Part shown: positions 62,231-64,000 of the stretch, piece by piece
Layout of the letters: every line of letters starts with the position of its first letter
How positions within the stretch are numbered: position 1 is the stretch's first letter
Source of the DNA: Azolla caroliniana
Lineage: Eukaryota > Plantae > Polypodiophyta
Assembly (NCBI GenBank): GCA_043228905.1
Contig: JBHGNT010000018.1
Span: 14,322,001-14,386,000, forward strand
Reading direction: 5' to 3'
Length of the DNA stretch: 64,000 nucleotides
The notes under the pieces: generated by a model
What the model was told of the DNA's origin: nothing
Seen by the model: only the letters and a program-made list of their open reading frames with translations
Databases searched by the model: none
Made by a program: the position numbers and the translations under genes

Positions 62231-62472
62231 TAATCAATGATCAGGCCCAAGTTCACAATGGATTTAGGAAAGAGAGAAATAGGTAATAGAATTGGCTAAT
62301 CAAGTAAACTAGAATATTTTGTGGGCAAGTTACAATGTACTTAGTCTTGAAGTATGTGCCATTGACTTCAAGATAAGTACTATCTAACACTAGCCTGTAT
62401 CTCGAGTGTTGGGTCATATTAAATGACAGAAAAGGAATATCTCCACTACTATCAACTAATATGCACATTTAA

Positions 62473-62777
62473 TGTTACAATCAGACCAAACAAAGAATAT
62501 AATCCACTCTCTTACACAATGGTGTATTGATCATCAGTTCCCACTAATTTTGTAGTGAGCTGGTCCAGATCCCATCTAAGCTCCAAGGTGTGAGCGTATG
62601 GGTGAACTACCATTGTGAACTACTCTCATATCTAATAAAAGTTTTGTTTTCATATATCAATCTTTGTGGTTGTAACTCTATATACCTATCTAATAGATTC
62701 TCAATATTTCTAACATGGTATTAGAGCTGAGAGGTTGATCTAGATTAGGTATATACGGGTAGTTGTTGTCTAGCAGC

Positions 62778-62830
<53 letters not shown>

Positions 62831-63900
62831 CAATAGCCTTGTCCACGAATGTTGCAGCTGCTCCAGTGCGCATTTGTCCACCTCCATTGTCTGATGGAAA
62901 GCTCTAGGAACCAACTACACTTTATGGAGGTTCAAAATGTCTGCCATTTTGGACTCCTACGAGTTGCAGGAGACAATAATGGGACCCACAAGAGGAGACC
63001 TTGAGCCCATGGTGACCTTTGACCTTGCACACCCTACCACATCAATCCCTATAAATGTTGATCTACTTCGAGCTGGAAGAGAAGGAATGTTGATGCGATG
63101 TGTACCATAATCACTGGTGTATGTGACTCTATACTAACATTGGTGCAACATACAACCAAAGCACATGAAGCTTGGAGCATCTTGGCTAGCCAGTATGAAA
63201 CCAAAAACTATAAAAGGATACAAAACCTCGAGAATCAGCTTTCTGTACAGAAGCTCGTTGATGGAGAGAAAGTAGAATCCTTTGTAAAAAGGATTAAGGA
63301 TCTTCAAGATCAATTGGCAACTGTTGGAGTAGTTGTCTCTCCAACGGATATGGCTCGTCGATGCATTCAAGTACTTCCTTCCAAGTATGATGGCATTGTG
63401 ACAACATTGAACACTCAGGTTGGACCCACTCCATTAAAATATGATGAACTAAGTGCAATACTGCTTGAAGAGGAGCTTCGGCTGAAGACAAGAGAAGGAA
63501 GGGAAGATTTGACATTTGTCTCTCGGACTAAGGGGCAAAGGGGCATCCAATTCAAACAATGCGAATAGGATACCAAAGAAGAAGAAGTTTAGTGGATCAT
63601 GTTTCTACTGTGACAAGAAGGGTCACACAATCAAGGATTGTCGGAAGAAAATGGCGGATGAGAAGAATAGTTCTAGTAATACTTCTTGGAGAGAGCTCGA
63701 GTCCGCTAACAATGTCATAGATGAGGTTGAGTTATGGGTCGCAACTAAGGAAGTGTGTTCTTCAGTTGACACTCAAGTTGTCGACAACTCTTGGATTCTC
63801 GATAGTGGAGCATCTCGACATATGACCAGTAATCGTGACTTTCAACTCTTGGACACCTCTACAAGAGCCCATCAATGTAGTGGTCGAGAACAATGCTCAA
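62473..63900 (+). mobile_element. copia element 5' part: LTR 62473-62715, PBS, degraded gag-protease
   Basis: TGTTA…TAACA termini; PBS TGGTATTAGAGC at 62716; gag ORF 63098-63568; CFYCDKKGHTIKDC; WILDSGASRHMT. Confidence 0.85.
62781..62828. repeat. (GA)n microsatellite in the copia leader
   Basis: Direct reading. Confidence 0.9.
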
Positions 63901-64000
63901 TGTGGTACCTTTTACATTGGGACCACATGCCACATCCACATCGAAACCCTTTGACCTCTCGCTTCTATTCAAGAGACTTGGATGGAAATGAAATTAGGCC

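Overview
Eukaryotic (land-plant-type) genomic DNA, mostly nested retroelements. The first 45 kb holds two nesting stacks whose junctions can be read from target-site duplications (TSDs). Stack 1: a degraded Tnt1-like copia, interrupted by a copia (11322-24138), which is interrupted by an intact, very young gypsy carrying a second RNase H (17149-24115). Stack 2: a full-length L1 LINE (26864-45185), interrupted by a minus-strand Tf1/Tcn1-like gypsy (27334-38471), which is interrupted by a plus-strand chromovirus of the same group (30523-36230). Also present are two more copia copies, a hAT MITE, LINE and gypsy relics, an intact two-RRM UBA2-like host gene (51855-53381) and the last exon of a Gfo/Idh/MocA oxidoreductase gene (minus strand). 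The most notable signals are: (1) both Tf1/Tcn1-like gypsies have covarying self-priming sites instead of a tRNA primer-binding site (PBS), and carry an antisense tRNA-like A/B-box module in each LTR; (2) a ~420-bp inverted duplication starts just downstream of a copia LTR TATA box, a candidate hairpin-siRNA 'killer' locus; (3) a copia family has twin polypurine tracts (PPTs), with the functional one enclosed in a conserved stem-loop. All calls come from reading the sequence by eye; no database search was run.
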